Source of the DNA: Nageia nagi
Taxonomy: Eukaryota; Plantae; Pinophyta
Length of the DNA stretch: 64,000 nucleotides
Direction of reading: 5' to 3'
Assembly: GCA_050084985.1 (NCBI GenBank)
Contig: JBITNC010000002.1
Span: 3,410,001 to 3,474,000 of the forward strand
Part shown: one piece after another, positions 25,274 to 38,106 of the stretch
Layout of the letters: every line of letters begins with the position of its first letter
How positions within the stretch are numbered: position 1 is the stretch's first letter
Translations under genes and position numbers: made by a program
Notes under the pieces: generated by a model
What the model saw: only the letters and a program-made list of their open reading frames with translations
The model's database searches: none
What the model was told of the DNA's origin: nothing

Positions 25274-26257
25274 TAGCAATTTTGCATCATACAATGCATC
25301 AATCCATAGTCTTATTAAAAAAAAAGTGCAAAAATCTTGATGCATTAATTGATGCTAAGAGTATTGTCAAACAAAGCATCATCCAAAGTGTCATATATCG
25401 AGTTATGAGCATCAAATAATTGATGCTATACATAACTCTTTATATGTCATGTATGCATCAAACAATGTGTCAACATGATAGGAATGAGGGTTTGCATTTT
25501 GTCAAATAATTTGTTTGTCTTCTCTATGCTTTCATATTTTGCATATATGTCTAATAGAGCACTCACAACCATAACATTCGATAAAAAATTTATTTTCAAG
25601 AGTCTTTGATGTATGTATAAACCCTTTTACAAATCTCTCATTTTGGTGTATACTTTGAGGATGTTGGGAAAGGTGAATTCATTTGGTTGGACTATTGTTG
25701 GTGTTTATTACATTTATTGAAACAATTTCAATATTTTTTTAGGAAAGTTGTATCTTTGGTAACCTGAAATTATCATATTCCATGAGTTTACAATCAAAAA
25801 CTTCATGGGCATCCACCAAAATTTGAGGGCCTCCTCTACCAAACTTTGTGGGTGGTTGAAGCATGCAATGCATATTTTTCTTACCATAAAATACATATAC
25901 ACACTACTATCTACATTATCCAACTTGTCTTCAACTCTTGTAAACCTATATCACTAAAAATACAACCTTGTATCCCTAAAAATACCCTTGTAAATGGTAT
26001 ACTCCTTTATTCCACCATCGATCAAGGGAATGCATCAACAGTTGATAGTGGATCATGACATGATCTATGTGCATGATATGCACCTTTTTTTTGTTCCATG
26101 TATTGGTTGATGCACTAGAATGCATCAAACAATGCATCAAGTAATGAGTCAAAAAAATAGTTTTACCTAGATTGACATAGACATGCAAAATAATGACATA
26201 TATTGTGTCATTGTGTCAAAATGCAATTTTTTGTTGCATCGTATGATGCAAAATTAC
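25274..26257. mobile_element. TIR DNA transposon derivative (hAT-like) nested in Copia 2
   Basis: TIR GCAATTTTGCATCATACAATGCATCAA versus reverse complement GTAATTTTGCATCATACGATGCAACAA. Flanks ATATATTC / ACATATTC (7/8 match, possible 8-bp TSD). Subterminal ATGCATCAA/TTGATGCA motifs. Confidence 0.6.
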
Positions 26258-26667
26258 ACATATTCACATCGATTGCACATATTCAAGATGAGTCAATGGT
26301 ATTTGAAGAAGTTGTTATTTAACCAAAATGGATAAATACCATGAATGAAGAGATTGCACCCCTTGAAAGAAATAATACCTGGGAATTGGTAGAGTTGCCC
26401 ATAGCTAAAAATGTGATTGGAGGAAAATGGATTTACAAATTAAAAAAAATGCAGATGGCTCTATCAATAGATATAAGGCAAGATTTGTTGCTAAAGGATT
26501 TACACAAACTCATGGAATTGATTATTTTTAAACTTTTTCTCTTATGGCTAGACTTAATACAATCAAAATTATTATTACTCTTGTAGTCCACAAAAATGGA
26601 AAAATAGGTTAATGGTTTTTAAATATACTTTTTTGAATGGTATTTTAAAAGAAAAGATTTATGTTGA

Positions 26668-27310
26668 GGATGAGTGCAAGAAGTTGGGTCCACTTTGTGG
26701 CAAAAAAATGGAAGTGTTTTTCTTGATTTTCAAGTTTGGGCATGATTGATATCAAAATTTAAATCACTTAGACATGGAATCATGAAAAAGGTCATTAGGA
26801 TGAAAATGTAATGCTGATATTCTAGTTTCTACATATATAATTTATTCCAATACCCAGATTATAGAAATTAAATTTTGAGTGGGATGACTAAAAATCACTT
26901 TTTAAAATATACTATTTTAAGATCGTACCATGCATGTATCTGTCACACATAATTTGACCAAAATAATGGTATTTTTAAATCTTTTTAGGCATAGCTACCT
27001 AAGATATTGAAGTTTGTCTTGGATATTTTTCCATAATTTTTTTCATGAATATTTTTTTATTAATTTTGTATCGATCATGTTTGTTGTTTCAAAATATTCT
27101 CATTTTTGTCACACATAATTTGACATAAACTTAAATATTTTTTAAATTTTTTTATTATTATAGAGAATTCTCTGAAGCTTATCACTATAGTTTATTTTGA
27201 AACTCCTAAAAAATAAAAAGTTACTAAGAAAATAACATACCATCATATTTCAAGTATATGGACCATTTTTACTAAAAAATAAATAAAAATATAAAATGTT
27301 ATCCAATTAT

Positions 27311-27373
<63 letters not shown>

Positions 27374-27764
27374 CCATGCTCTTTAATCTATAATGGGTTT
27401 TAATTTTATAAAAAAATTCTATCAAAAACTCCATCGAAAATATGCCCGAAATTGAGATTTTCCATTATAATTGCCATGAACACATACTTGTAGGTCCAAG
27501 GCTAAGGTTAGCTCACCAAAACTTTTTTGATCATAAAATTGAGGTTAAATTAGATATTCAAATATCAAGATCCTGATATATATTAGGATCCTAATATATA
27601 ACACTAAGAGAATGCATGTATTATAGTTCCAAGTATCGAGATCCTAATTTAAAATCAAAATCCTAATATTTATTAGGATCTTGAGCCTAAATCATTTTTT
27701 CTAACATTGAGTTTTAAATTCACCCACTTCCCCTTCAAGTGGAATCAACTTCTTGCTTTCACCC
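26668..27764. mobile_element. MITE copy 2 (Sola2-like), inserted in Copia RT
   Basis: TIRs GGATGAGTGCAAGAAGTTGGGTCCACTT / reverse complement GGGTGAAAGCAAGAAGTTGATTCCACTT. TSD TTGA. Removing it restores TAT GTT GAG CAA CCA (YVEQP). Confidence 0.9.
27314..27367. repeat. (AT)n microsatellite, about 27 units, within MITE copy 2
   Basis: Seen directly. The other two MITE copies have only a few TA at this position. Confidence 0.95.
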
Positions 27765-29770
27765 TTGAGCAACCACTTGGGTATTGTGTAAAGGGTAAGG
27801 AACAGTTTTTTACAAATTAAAAAAAAGGCTGTATATGGCTTGAAGCAAGCCCCACATGCATGGTATACATGAATTGACTCCTATCCCTTACAAATTGGAT
27901 TCACCAAAAGTCCTTCTGAACTTATATTATATGTAAAATTTGTTAACATAAATATTCTTATTATTTATTTCTATGTTGGTGATCTTGTTTATATAGAAAG
28001 TTGCACAAAGGTCTTAGATGAGTTTCAAACTGAAATGGGAAAACAAGTTTGAAATGTATGCAATGGGGAAGCTAAGGTATTTTCTTGGTTTGAAGGTCAA
28101 TCAACATGATTCTAGTCTTTCTCTTCCTCAAACAAAGTATGTTGTTGATTTTATTTTAATATTTAATATACAAAATTGCAAGCCTATAATGAAAAGTTGA
28201 GTAAATTTAATGATAGTCTAAAAATTGATGCAACTCTTTATAAAAGTTTAGTTCATAGTTTGATGTATCTAAATTCAACTCAATTAGATATTTAGTATGT
28301 TGTTAGCTTAGTATCATGATTTATGGAAGATCCTCATGAAGCACATTGGTAAGAAACCAAAATAATTTTGAGTTATGTGCATAGAACATCCAATTTTGGT
28401 CTAGTATATGATAAATTTCATGGAAATAGAATACTAAATAAAAAATTAAATGTCCATCCTCTTCATGATCTTCCCAAAGAAAGGATTCTCATAGGTTGTA
28501 GTATTAGGAGAAAAAACTTTAAGATCCTACTCTGATACCATGGTAAAAAAAATATGGGATAGGCCCAAATAAGCCATGGAATGAAGACCCCCAGTGTGTA
28601 AGATGAAGGCATCAAGTATATTCTAATACAATACCAATATTCTGTGATATGGAGGTAGATAATATCATTGGTGTGTAAAATGGAGACTGATGGTTCAGAG
28701 TTGCTTCTTTTCTCTAAATGTGGATCTTGTTCATGAGAGGAGGCTACAATATAATCTTCTTAGTGTAATTTAGTTACTTGAAAATGATTATTCCATGTGG
28801 TCACATAATAAAAAATGTACAATTTATGATAAAGGTAGCACTATGAAGGCTATAAAAAAATACCAATGATTAAAAATCATGTTTTTCATCGAATAACTAA
28901 GCACATTGAAATCAATTATCATTTTATTTGTGATTTAGTACAATCTAGGTGATTTCAATTGAAGCATTACAGGACTCATGACCAAGTTGTTGATATATTT
29001 ACCAAAGCTATCCCTTGTTATCAGTTTGAGAAGCTGAGAAAAATGATAGGGATCATTGCTAAACACATTAAAGGGGAGATTGTTGAAGAATAATATGTAT
29101 AATTATCTCCATCTTACACATAGCCTAGAGGAGTAGCAATTTTGAATTAGTTTAGTAAACTATTTGTTCTATTTTAATGATAACTAGTCATGCATATAAG
29201 GTTTGATTATTGTTTTGTTTAGTTGTATCTTATATAGGTGATTATGCTTGTGTTATTTTGGCTTCAAATAATAGAATACAAGAGATACATAACATTCTAG
29301 ACCCTAGTTTTTCTATCTACTTTGTTTACTATCTTCATGATTCATTTGTTGTAGCTTATTTGAATAACTCTTATGCTTTAAATCTAATTTGCCCTATTTC
29401 TATTTTTGCTTTTTTTAATATTGTATGTTGCAATTTTATCATATTGTTGTGCCAAGATAGAACAATATTTATGCAAATTTAACTATTCAAGGTTTTTTCA
29501 AAATTAATATATCTTGTAATTTTTTTATATAAAGTATGAACTTACACTCTTTTTGTTAGTGAAGGTTACACATCCACATCAAAGTTCATTAAGTCAAATA
29601 AAAAGTAATACATACCATTATTTTTTTTAAGATTGTTGAACGAGTGTGAATTTGTTACCTCTTTTTTAGAGATAAGATCAATGCATATATTCATATGTTT
29701 TACTATTCCTTACCATGGATGTTGTTATCTTTTTCTATATTACTCTTTTAATATTGAAAGCACAAAAATA

Positions 29771-29812
<42 letters not shown>

Positions 29813-30241
29813 TATTATTTTTGGACATCACCCTTTTAGAGGGGATAGAAATTATGGAATTAAATTCCATGTATATAGGGTTTGCTTCCATCACAAGTGT
29901 TGCAACCAGACTTAGCTTATTTACAACACATGGAAGGGAAGATATTTGAAGTTGAGGCTTCCTTTTTAAGCTTGATATTTTTAACAATCACTTATCTCTA
30001 GAACTCCCTTCATATAATTTATTTTTTTTATTAATTTAATTTAATTGTAAAATTAAAAATAATTTATATGTGTTATTATAAATTAAATGTATAATATTTA
30101 AAGGAGAGTATACATTCACATGAATATTTAAAATTTAAAAAAGAATTAATAAATTTCATTTTTTCAAGGAAATAAACTATGGAAATCTAGTATAGTAATT
30201 TGAAAAGTTTGAATATGATAAGAAAAACTATATTTATTTGA

Positions 30242-33200
30242 CCTAGGGTTTTGGTTTCCCCATCACATCGCTTTTTCTCTTACAAAGATTTTGCAAGATT
30301 TTAATTTGATTTGACATTGCATTTGTGTCCACCTTGGGTGGTTCCCTCACCCTTTATTATGGCTGCCACTCTTGCCAACTCTTCACTTGATGGTGAAGTA
30401 GTTGGAGGGAGCAATGGCACTGGGGAATCATCCTTGTAAGTTTCTTTCACAAGTTTCTCAAGATTTTATTCATATAGAAGACTTTAGTACTACTTGTCAA
30501 TGGTTTGAATTGCATACCCTAGTGGATATTTTCTGGGTAGGATCCCTAATGACTCCCTGTTGCATTCTTGGGTTAGCCAAGTTTGGACTCCTTACGATAT
30601 TAATGTAGAAAATATCAAGAAATTCACCAAGAGTTACTTTCTATTTCATTTTTCTAACTTTGTGCATGCATAAAAAGTGCTAAACAAAGGACCATGGATT
30701 GTCTAAAATTCCTTGTTAATCCTACAAAGTTACCATAGAGACTTTACAGTTGATAATGAGGTTGCCACTAAAGTCCCAGTATAGGTTGAGTTTCTTGGGT
30801 TACCTATTTTGTGTTGGAAATATTTTCATACCCTAGCTAAAAACTTAGGGTCTTTTATTTTCTTTGAACCAAAAAGGTTCTTCTTATCTCAAACCTCTCA
30901 ATGAGTTTGTGTGAAAGTTAACCTCACTAAGGATTTCTAAGAGTTTATTGATGTGCATATTGGAGAATTGATTCTTCATCAAAGGGTGGTCTATATCAAC
31001 CTCCCAAACACTTGCTATTGTTATCAATACTTTGCTCACAATATTTAGGACTACCCACTTATGGTGGAAAGATTCAAAGAATGGACCCCATCTACACCCC
31101 TGATAACTACAACCCCAAATGCTCCTACCAAAGGTGGAAATGATGAATGGTAAGTGGTTCTCAATTATCGCAATCATCCAAACTGAGTTCAAGAGCCAAC
31201 TATTAATCCCTAGTAACCTATTCTTGTGGAAGAACCATTGATAGCCCCTATAGCTATGGAAAATGTAGGTGTTTCTCAACCCTCCCTAGTTGTCCAATAA
31301 GAAGAGGGAGATATTCTAAATTTGGTGATGTTTGAACCCTTTGAATCCTCCATTTGGTCGAGGCATTCATTTTCCTCTATTAGCTCAACTCCTCCTCCAA
31401 ATCAGGGAATAGAGGAAATCTTAAGCTTCAAGTCTCGTTGCTCTCATGACCCTCATAGGGAGGGCTTTGATGGTCATATAGATAAGAGATGACACATGTT
31501 GGATGCCTACCACCAGGTTGCTTTTCCTCAAGGTGGTGTTAATGCTTTTGGGACCCTAACTAATTTAGGGAAATCTAAAGATAACATAGATATTTGGGTC
31601 CATGATACCCCTCAATGACTTTTTATTCTTGGAATGTCAAAGGATTCATGAAACTAGTCCACAAATACATGGTCCGTAGTGAGTTGTCCAATGTTGCACC
31701 TCACTTGTATAGTAATCTTAACTTTGTCTATTTATAAGATATTAAAGTTGCTAACCTCATTCTTTAATGTACCTATTATTTCCTCTAGTATAGGGGCCCT
31801 TTTATTTCATACCAATCATTCTCTTAGGAGAGGAGGTGTTATCACTCTCATTTCTCCAAGATGGTGCTCGAATGTTGTTTCTTAGGGGTCGACCCTTCCA
31901 ACCAAGTGGTATGGGTCTTACTGGACTTACATGGTAAACCTTTTGACATTATCAATATGTATACATCCAATGATGTGCATGAGTGGTGTACTTTATGGAG
32001 GTAGCTTGATTTGTCATTCCCCTTTGCCACCTAGGTTCTCTATGGGGAATTCAATATGATGGAAAAGAAGTTAGATAAGAAAAGTCAATCCCCATAGTAG
32101 TGGAGTGTGGGAGAAAGAGAGACTTGGTTTTTCATAAAAAATAAACTAAATCTCTTTGATCCAAATTTTGGTTTCTCTCCTAAATATTTTCTAGAAGCTT
32201 AGTGGTTTACTTGGTCCAATTTTTAAAATGGTAATTCTTGAGTTCTTAAGATATTGGATCATGTTATGCTTTTAGAAAGTGACTCCTTCCATTTTACTCA
32301 TATTTCACTTTTAAATCACTTTGTGATGGTCGTCCCTTGCACCACCTTGTTTGCTCATGCTCCTATCTTGTTTAAAATCTTTCAAGATCACACTTCTTGT
32401 AGAATATTCAATTCATAATTTTTTCTTAATGTTTCCTTTCCTCAAAGTGATTCTATGAGATCCCATATCTATCACATTTGAAATCTCATTCTATGACCTT
32501 TTGGGACTTTACAATCGATTCTATGGTGGAATGATATCATCACCATGACCACTTATACTCTTCATACCCTTGGTGTTGAGGTCGCTAAAAGAAGGAAAGG
32601 TAACACTAATCTTCAAGAAAAGCTTGCATGATCCATCCTTAGACTAGAGGCTAATCCTTTTAGTAAACTTGCTTAAGCTTATATTACTACTTTACTATAT
32701 GAAGTTTTTAAATGCCTTCATCCTCCTATTCATGCTACTCAAGTAGAAGGGGTCTATTTTACTTCCGTTCCTAATACTATTAACACTTTTATGGCCCATT
32801 ACCAACAAGGTTTTTTGCCTAACCTCTTACTGATGCTCAATAAAATGTCATTAAGGAGTGTTACTTTATCATACCTCTGAAAACTTTTTAAAGCTCAAAG
32901 GGATATTTTTTATCATCCTGTTTCTCTTGAGGATCTTAAGACTACTCTTTTCCACATGGATAATGAGAAAGCTTTTGGAATCAATGGATTTCCTTGCAAG
33001 TTTTTTAAAGAATTTTAGGATCTGGTTAGCTCTGATCTCCTTTGAGTGTACAAGGAAGCTCTAGCCAATGGCTCTTTGAGACAGTTAATCAATAAAGGTA
33101 ATATCAAATTCATTCCCAAGTAAGGAGACCGTGATATCATTACCAACTAGAGACCTATAACTTTGTTAAATGTAAGCTATAAAATTATTTCCAAAGCTTT

Positions 33201-35558
33201 AGCTCTTAAGCTTAGATCGTTGCTTCATTTGATTATTCAACTAGAGAAAATAGGTTTTGTAAAGGGTCATTATATCTTAGATAATGTTATTGCTATTTAG
33301 GAAGGCATAGAATAGGCAAGGGTATCTAATCAAGAAGCTTTTTCTATTAAAATTGATTTTGAAAAAGCCTATAACAGGATTGAATGGTACTTTATCTTAT
33401 CCATGCTCCAAGAACTTGGGTTTGGTCCTATTTTTCTTCAATCAATCTGAATGTTATTTTGAGATGCCTTTGTTGTTCTTACTATGAATGGTGTTTGATC
33501 CCCTACCATCACCCTTTCCTGATCTTTCCATCAAGGCTTCCATTTAGCCCCTTTACTATTTATTTTAGTTGTTGAGGCTTTTAGTTATCTTTTGGCACAT
33601 AAAACTTAATAGGGTGTGATTCAAAGAATTGCTTTGCCTAACGCCCCCTTGCAGCTCATTAATGGCCATTTTGTTGATGACTCTTTTTTAACTCTTCTTG
33701 AAGATGAGCATTATGTTCAATTAGCTTTAGAGTGTTTGAATATTGTTTTTGTGCCTCTGCCTCCAGTATTCAATGGTAGAAAACTTTCTGCTTCATACAT
33801 GTGTCAACACCTATGCCTCAATGGCTTAGCCTTTTTCCCTAGAAATGGATTCATCCTAATGAGGTGTTTAAATTTTTTGGTATTCCTTTTAGGCTTTCCC
33901 TACTCAGCTTTGGAACTTTGTTATTCAAAACATTAAAAAAAACTTGGGTATTGGACTACTAAGAAGATTTCTCTTATGGGGAGGTAACAAATTTGCACGA
34001 AGATCTTAGCTTCTACTCATGTGTATTATAACTCTTGTTGGGTCCCTTCTAAGGTGTGTTATCAAAAATTGGACAAGCTTCTTAAAGATTTTATTTGCAC
34101 TTCTAATAGCCAAAAAAGAGGTTTCCATAGACTGACATGGGATATCTACTGCCTTCTTCATGCCGCTAGTGTAATGGGTATTTTTTATTTCCAAAATTAA
34201 GGTTTTACTTTATGTTCCAAATGGATAATTAGATCTTTAGAGGGTGATGAAGCCTAAAATATTCTCATTTGACATTATGTATCCATAAGCCTCTCGTATG
34301 GTAGGAAATATTAGAAAGGGTTAGACCTTCAAATGATTCTCATTACTCAAATCCCCATCAAGATTGTTGGTTCTTTTGTTGCAAAGAGTATTTAGAAAGC
34401 TTGGGAATCCCTCAAACCATGGCTTCAATGGAATGGAAAGCAAGTTTCATCAGGGGCCTCTCTATCTTCACTTAATGTTTGGTGGTCTCATGTTCTCAAA
34501 TTTGATGGATTGCCTTTGAAAAATATTTAGTGGGTCAAAGCCATTCACTTTCATAAGGAGGAAATTGACTCTTTTCAATAGTTTTTTATTTTCAGACCAA
34601 GCATTGGTTTCCTTGGGAATAATTTTGCTACAAGTTCAATTTGCAAGAAAATGATAAAGCTACCTTTGATGTCATCCTTAATAAAATCCAATTTTTTATT
34701 TGGAGGAAATAGGGTCAACATTTTTAGAACTCCTAGTGGGATGATTGGTGTTGGCCTAAGAATATCCATCTTTAAACGTTTAAACCCAAATTAGGCTATC
34801 TCCTAATGTCCCTTTGTTTGAGCATCTGAACAATCATTGGGATCTTTTTTCCACCCAATCTAGATGGAGTTTAAGATTTTATATAATCTAGGCCTGATAC
34901 CTTGATCCTAAACAAATTTTTTTTGCATGGAACTTGTTACATAAAGGCTTACCTATTGGCCATAGGCTTCAATATTTGGGGGTGGTCAACCCAGTCTGTG
35001 CTTTTTATGGGGAACTTGATAGTTTCACTCATGTCTTTTGGTCTTGTTCTAAAGCCTCAATTGCTTGAAGTTGGATGCTTTCCTTCTTTCAACCTTTTAT
35101 GGTTACTCACTATTCTTGGGTTTATGTGTTATTAGGAGACCCTATTCAATTGTTTGAACTCTTGGGGGAAATTTGACATATTTTTTGGCTCAGTATTTTA
35201 TGTCATCTTTGGAAGGTCAAGAATGATATTATATTTTCTTAGAAGGAAACTTCATCTTTTTTTTTAACAAAAAAAGATGTTATTTTCTACGAATGCTAGC
35301 TGCAAATTATTATTCAAGTTGAGAAAGTGAACGTGGAAGTTCATCATCTGCGAAACTTACTTGATTATTGGGGGAATGCACCCTGCTCCATCAGTTGGTT
35401 CCTCCAAAATGAATTCCTAACCTAGAGTTAGTTTAAAGAGGATTATTTTTGGTTTATCTTTTGTTCTTCCTCATGAGGTGTGCTTAATTCCACCTGCCTC
35501 TTTTTTTGTATGAAAGAGATTTTATATTAATTGAAAGGTCTTTATCATTCAAAAAAAC
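30242..35558 (+). mobile_element. Near full-length degenerate L1-clade LINE
   Basis: ORF1 remnant (NKGPWIV...KVPV*VEFLGLP, DUF4283-like). ORF2 from about 31615 (SWNVKG, APE endonuclease). RT motifs RPITLLNVSYKIISKAL, KIDFEKAYNRIEW, HFVDDS. Poly(A) at 35551-35558. Degenerate TSD AAAAACTATAT(T/G)TATT. Confidence 0.9.
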
Positions 35559-35623
35559 TATATGTATTCAAGCCTGAAAACTAAAAATTGAATATAAAAT
35601 TAGATTAAAATTTAGATAATATA

Positions 35624-35741
35624 GCCCTAGTAAGGGTAGTGTAGTGGTTGAACCTTGGGATGTCTGCAATGATCATTGGTAGGTCCTGAGTTCCAATCCT
35701 TGTGTTGGATGTGTGAGTTGTATGCATGTGTATCATAAAAA
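35624..35741 (+). mobile_element. tRNA-derived SINE
   Basis: A-box-like TAGTGTAGTGG, B-box-like GAGTTCCAATCC, A-tail. Perfect 17-bp TSD AAAATTTAGATAATATA (35607-35623 / 35742-35758). Absent at the paralogous site near 12230. Confidence 0.88.
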
Positions 35742-36464
35742 AAAATTTAGATAATATAAAAAAAATAGAGAAGCTATCTTTTTTTTATATAAGATTAAAA
35801 CAATCATTGTAATATTCTATAGAAAATGTTTAATCCTTAAAGGATACTACACATTTTAATAGAATCTTGTTAATTACAAGATAATCGATACTGTAAATTG
35901 TGTCTGTTATGATCAAAATAATATCTTATCTCTTATTATTCCTTACCATATGCGTTACTATTTTTCTTATGTATTTTTTTATTCTATAAATTATCATTAA
36001 TTAAATATAGTTTTTGTAATAAAGATTAATATATTTAGTTTTATTGATTTGTTTAAAATTAACTTCAAAATTTTCATGAAAAAGTTTTAATATAAGTTAT
36101 GATTCTATAAGTAACATCATGTGAGCTTCTAGAACACCAAAAGAAAATAACATTCATTCAAGATGCTTTGGAGATCAAATAGTTTGTGAGAAGTTTGATA
36201 CCTTACATGTCTATGTGTCAATCCTATCAGAAGAAGATATGTTGAAAAAAACTATGCATTCTTGGAGTACAAATGCTTTCTCATACATATACTCACAATG
36301 TATAGGCCAGCAAGATTTTATTCCGTAGGTGTATATTGGAATGCGTCACAAATTACAAATGCTCCCTCGTACATATACATATAGAGGCCAACAAGAAATG
36401 TTATTGCAGAGGTGTATATTGGAATGCATGAATAGGTGAAAGTCAGTGGCAGCGAGATCCTGTC

Positions 36465-37993
36465 CTAGAGAAACAGTGGCCCTGCGCTTCTGGTGAGAGC
36501 TCCTACAAGGGTTGACGATTTCGCCTCCATACTCGATGACGTATTGGCATATGTAGACGCAGAAGCTTCTGCTCCAGAAGCAGAAAAGTAGGCTCCGTTT
36601 AACATGAGATCTCCCTCGGATACCCAGTTCCACTTCTTCCATTCCTCCGGGTTGCCGCTCTCACGTTTGGTAACCTTCACAAATGGAGAAACGAATTAGA
36701 TACGGATTTTATTTCCCGAGTGTGAAATTCTAATACTCAAGAGAGATGTGTTACCTCTTTGGCGAAACGATTGTTGGGCGCGAGGTAGCGGTTTCCCTGG
36801 CTGATGATGGTCGGGCCAGCGCTGCCCCCGATTGCGTACATTATCCAGTGCGTGTAGTCGTTGTTCACCACATGGAAGTGGCCATGCCGGCATCTGCATG
36901 TTTAAACCTCAGACGTCAAAGAAGCTTTCCTTTGACATAAAACCCTAATAACATTTGAGGGACTTGTTTTTACCTTGGCATTCGCTGCACAAGCCCTTCC
37001 CCAAAGTGATTGAATGCTATGGTAACCTGCATCATTTTGTCTTTGGTGTAGGCGTCACTGTGACCCAGCAGCATGACCTGCAACGATATCAACATCATAG
37101 TAAGCATATAGCCCATGATGGAACCTTTTCTTGAAGACTCAGAGTTTAGGAGATGGAACCTTGTCGTGGTGAGTAAAGTGATTGTTAGAGATTGTTATGG
37201 CGGTGGATCCCATGATGGCGTCAATTAGGCCGTCCGCACATTTGGAGAGAGAGCAATGATCCACCCAGATGTTAGTAGCACCGAACATGGAGATCCCATC
37301 CCCATCCGAAATCGTTCTCCACCCGAAATGCGTGGGCGAACTCCGCACCATGGCGTCCCCTCCGGGCTTGCAGTCGTGAATATGGATTCCATGGATTATG
37401 ATGTTGGTCACGTTCTGGATTGTAATGCATGGCCCATTGGCTATGTGCACGTTGGCGCCGCGACCGTCGATGGTCTTGAAGCTGTTCATAATCAACTCCT
37501 CCTTCAGCTGGATCGCCATGTCTCGCTTGAACACGATCCACAGAGGCTCTGTTTGGATCACGGCGTGCCGGAGAGTGCCTGGCCGGGGGTTCACGGGGTC
37601 GTCATCGCCCGGATCCGTCACAACATAGAATCTTCCCTCCTTTCCTCCCATGGCGTTTCTTCCGAATCCAATGGAGCACTCAGCAAGCGTCTTTCTGTTC
37701 CGTTCCCAGTTGGGATCGCACCTCCAGCAATCATCAATGGAATTGCCTGTTCCACATGACAAATAGCCCAACTCTCCAATCCTGCTCTTCATGCTCCTGC
37801 AATTATGCAACAACCATACACTTCAGCACATACATGCATATTCACAAACAAAGTAAATTAGCATTAAAAATTATAGCTGTTTAGACTCATACTTCTTCTC
37901 AACAGTTTCAGCTTGACTCAGAGAAATGGAACATATCCCAAGCCAGAACAACCCTATCAGCAACATCAACCCCATCAAACCTTCCATACCCAT
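36465..37993 (-). CDS. Pectate lyase (PL1) PL-B, 396 aa. Exons 37993-37893, 37796-37160, 37077-36974, 36893-36755, 36674-36465
   Basis: Open spliced ORF of 1191 nt with GT-AG introns, signal peptide and PL1 motifs (DGDG, WVDH, LVQRMPRCRHG). C-terminus is short (AGPLFL*). Confidence 0.92.
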
Positions 37994-38098
37994 CAAAATA
38001 CTTGCAAAATAGAGGTTTCCCCCTAATATCTATGCTTCCAAGAAGAACACTATCATGTGCTTAGCGTGGGTGAGTGCTTTGGACAGTCATCGGAGGTC

Positions 38099-38106
38099 TT
38101 TTTATA
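38099..38106 (-). promoter_or_regulatory. TATA box of PL-B
   Basis: TATAAAAA on the minus strand, same spacing from the ATG as in PL-A. Confidence 0.7.

Larger units (their letters stand above)
24817..29500 (+). mobile_element. Internally deleted Ty1/Copia element; LTRs 24817-25232 and 29081-29500
   Basis: TSD AAATT (24812-24816 / 29501-29505). PBS TGGTATCAGAG at 25235. PPT AAAGGGGAG at about 29070. RT remnants (MNEEIAPLERNNTWELV, YGLKQAP) and RNase H end (KHIEINYHFI, QVVDIFTK). gag and integrase absent. Confidence 0.9.

Noticed and set aside
35624-35741. Possible tRNA gene
   Set aside because: No cloverleaf or acceptor stem. It has an A-tail and a 17-bp TSD, so it is a SINE.
9140-37993. 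PL-A plus PL-B as one hairpin (siRNA) transcript
   Set aside because: The arms are about 26 kb apart with convergent 3' ends and many intervening transposons. Read-through is unlikely and nothing in the sequence supports it.
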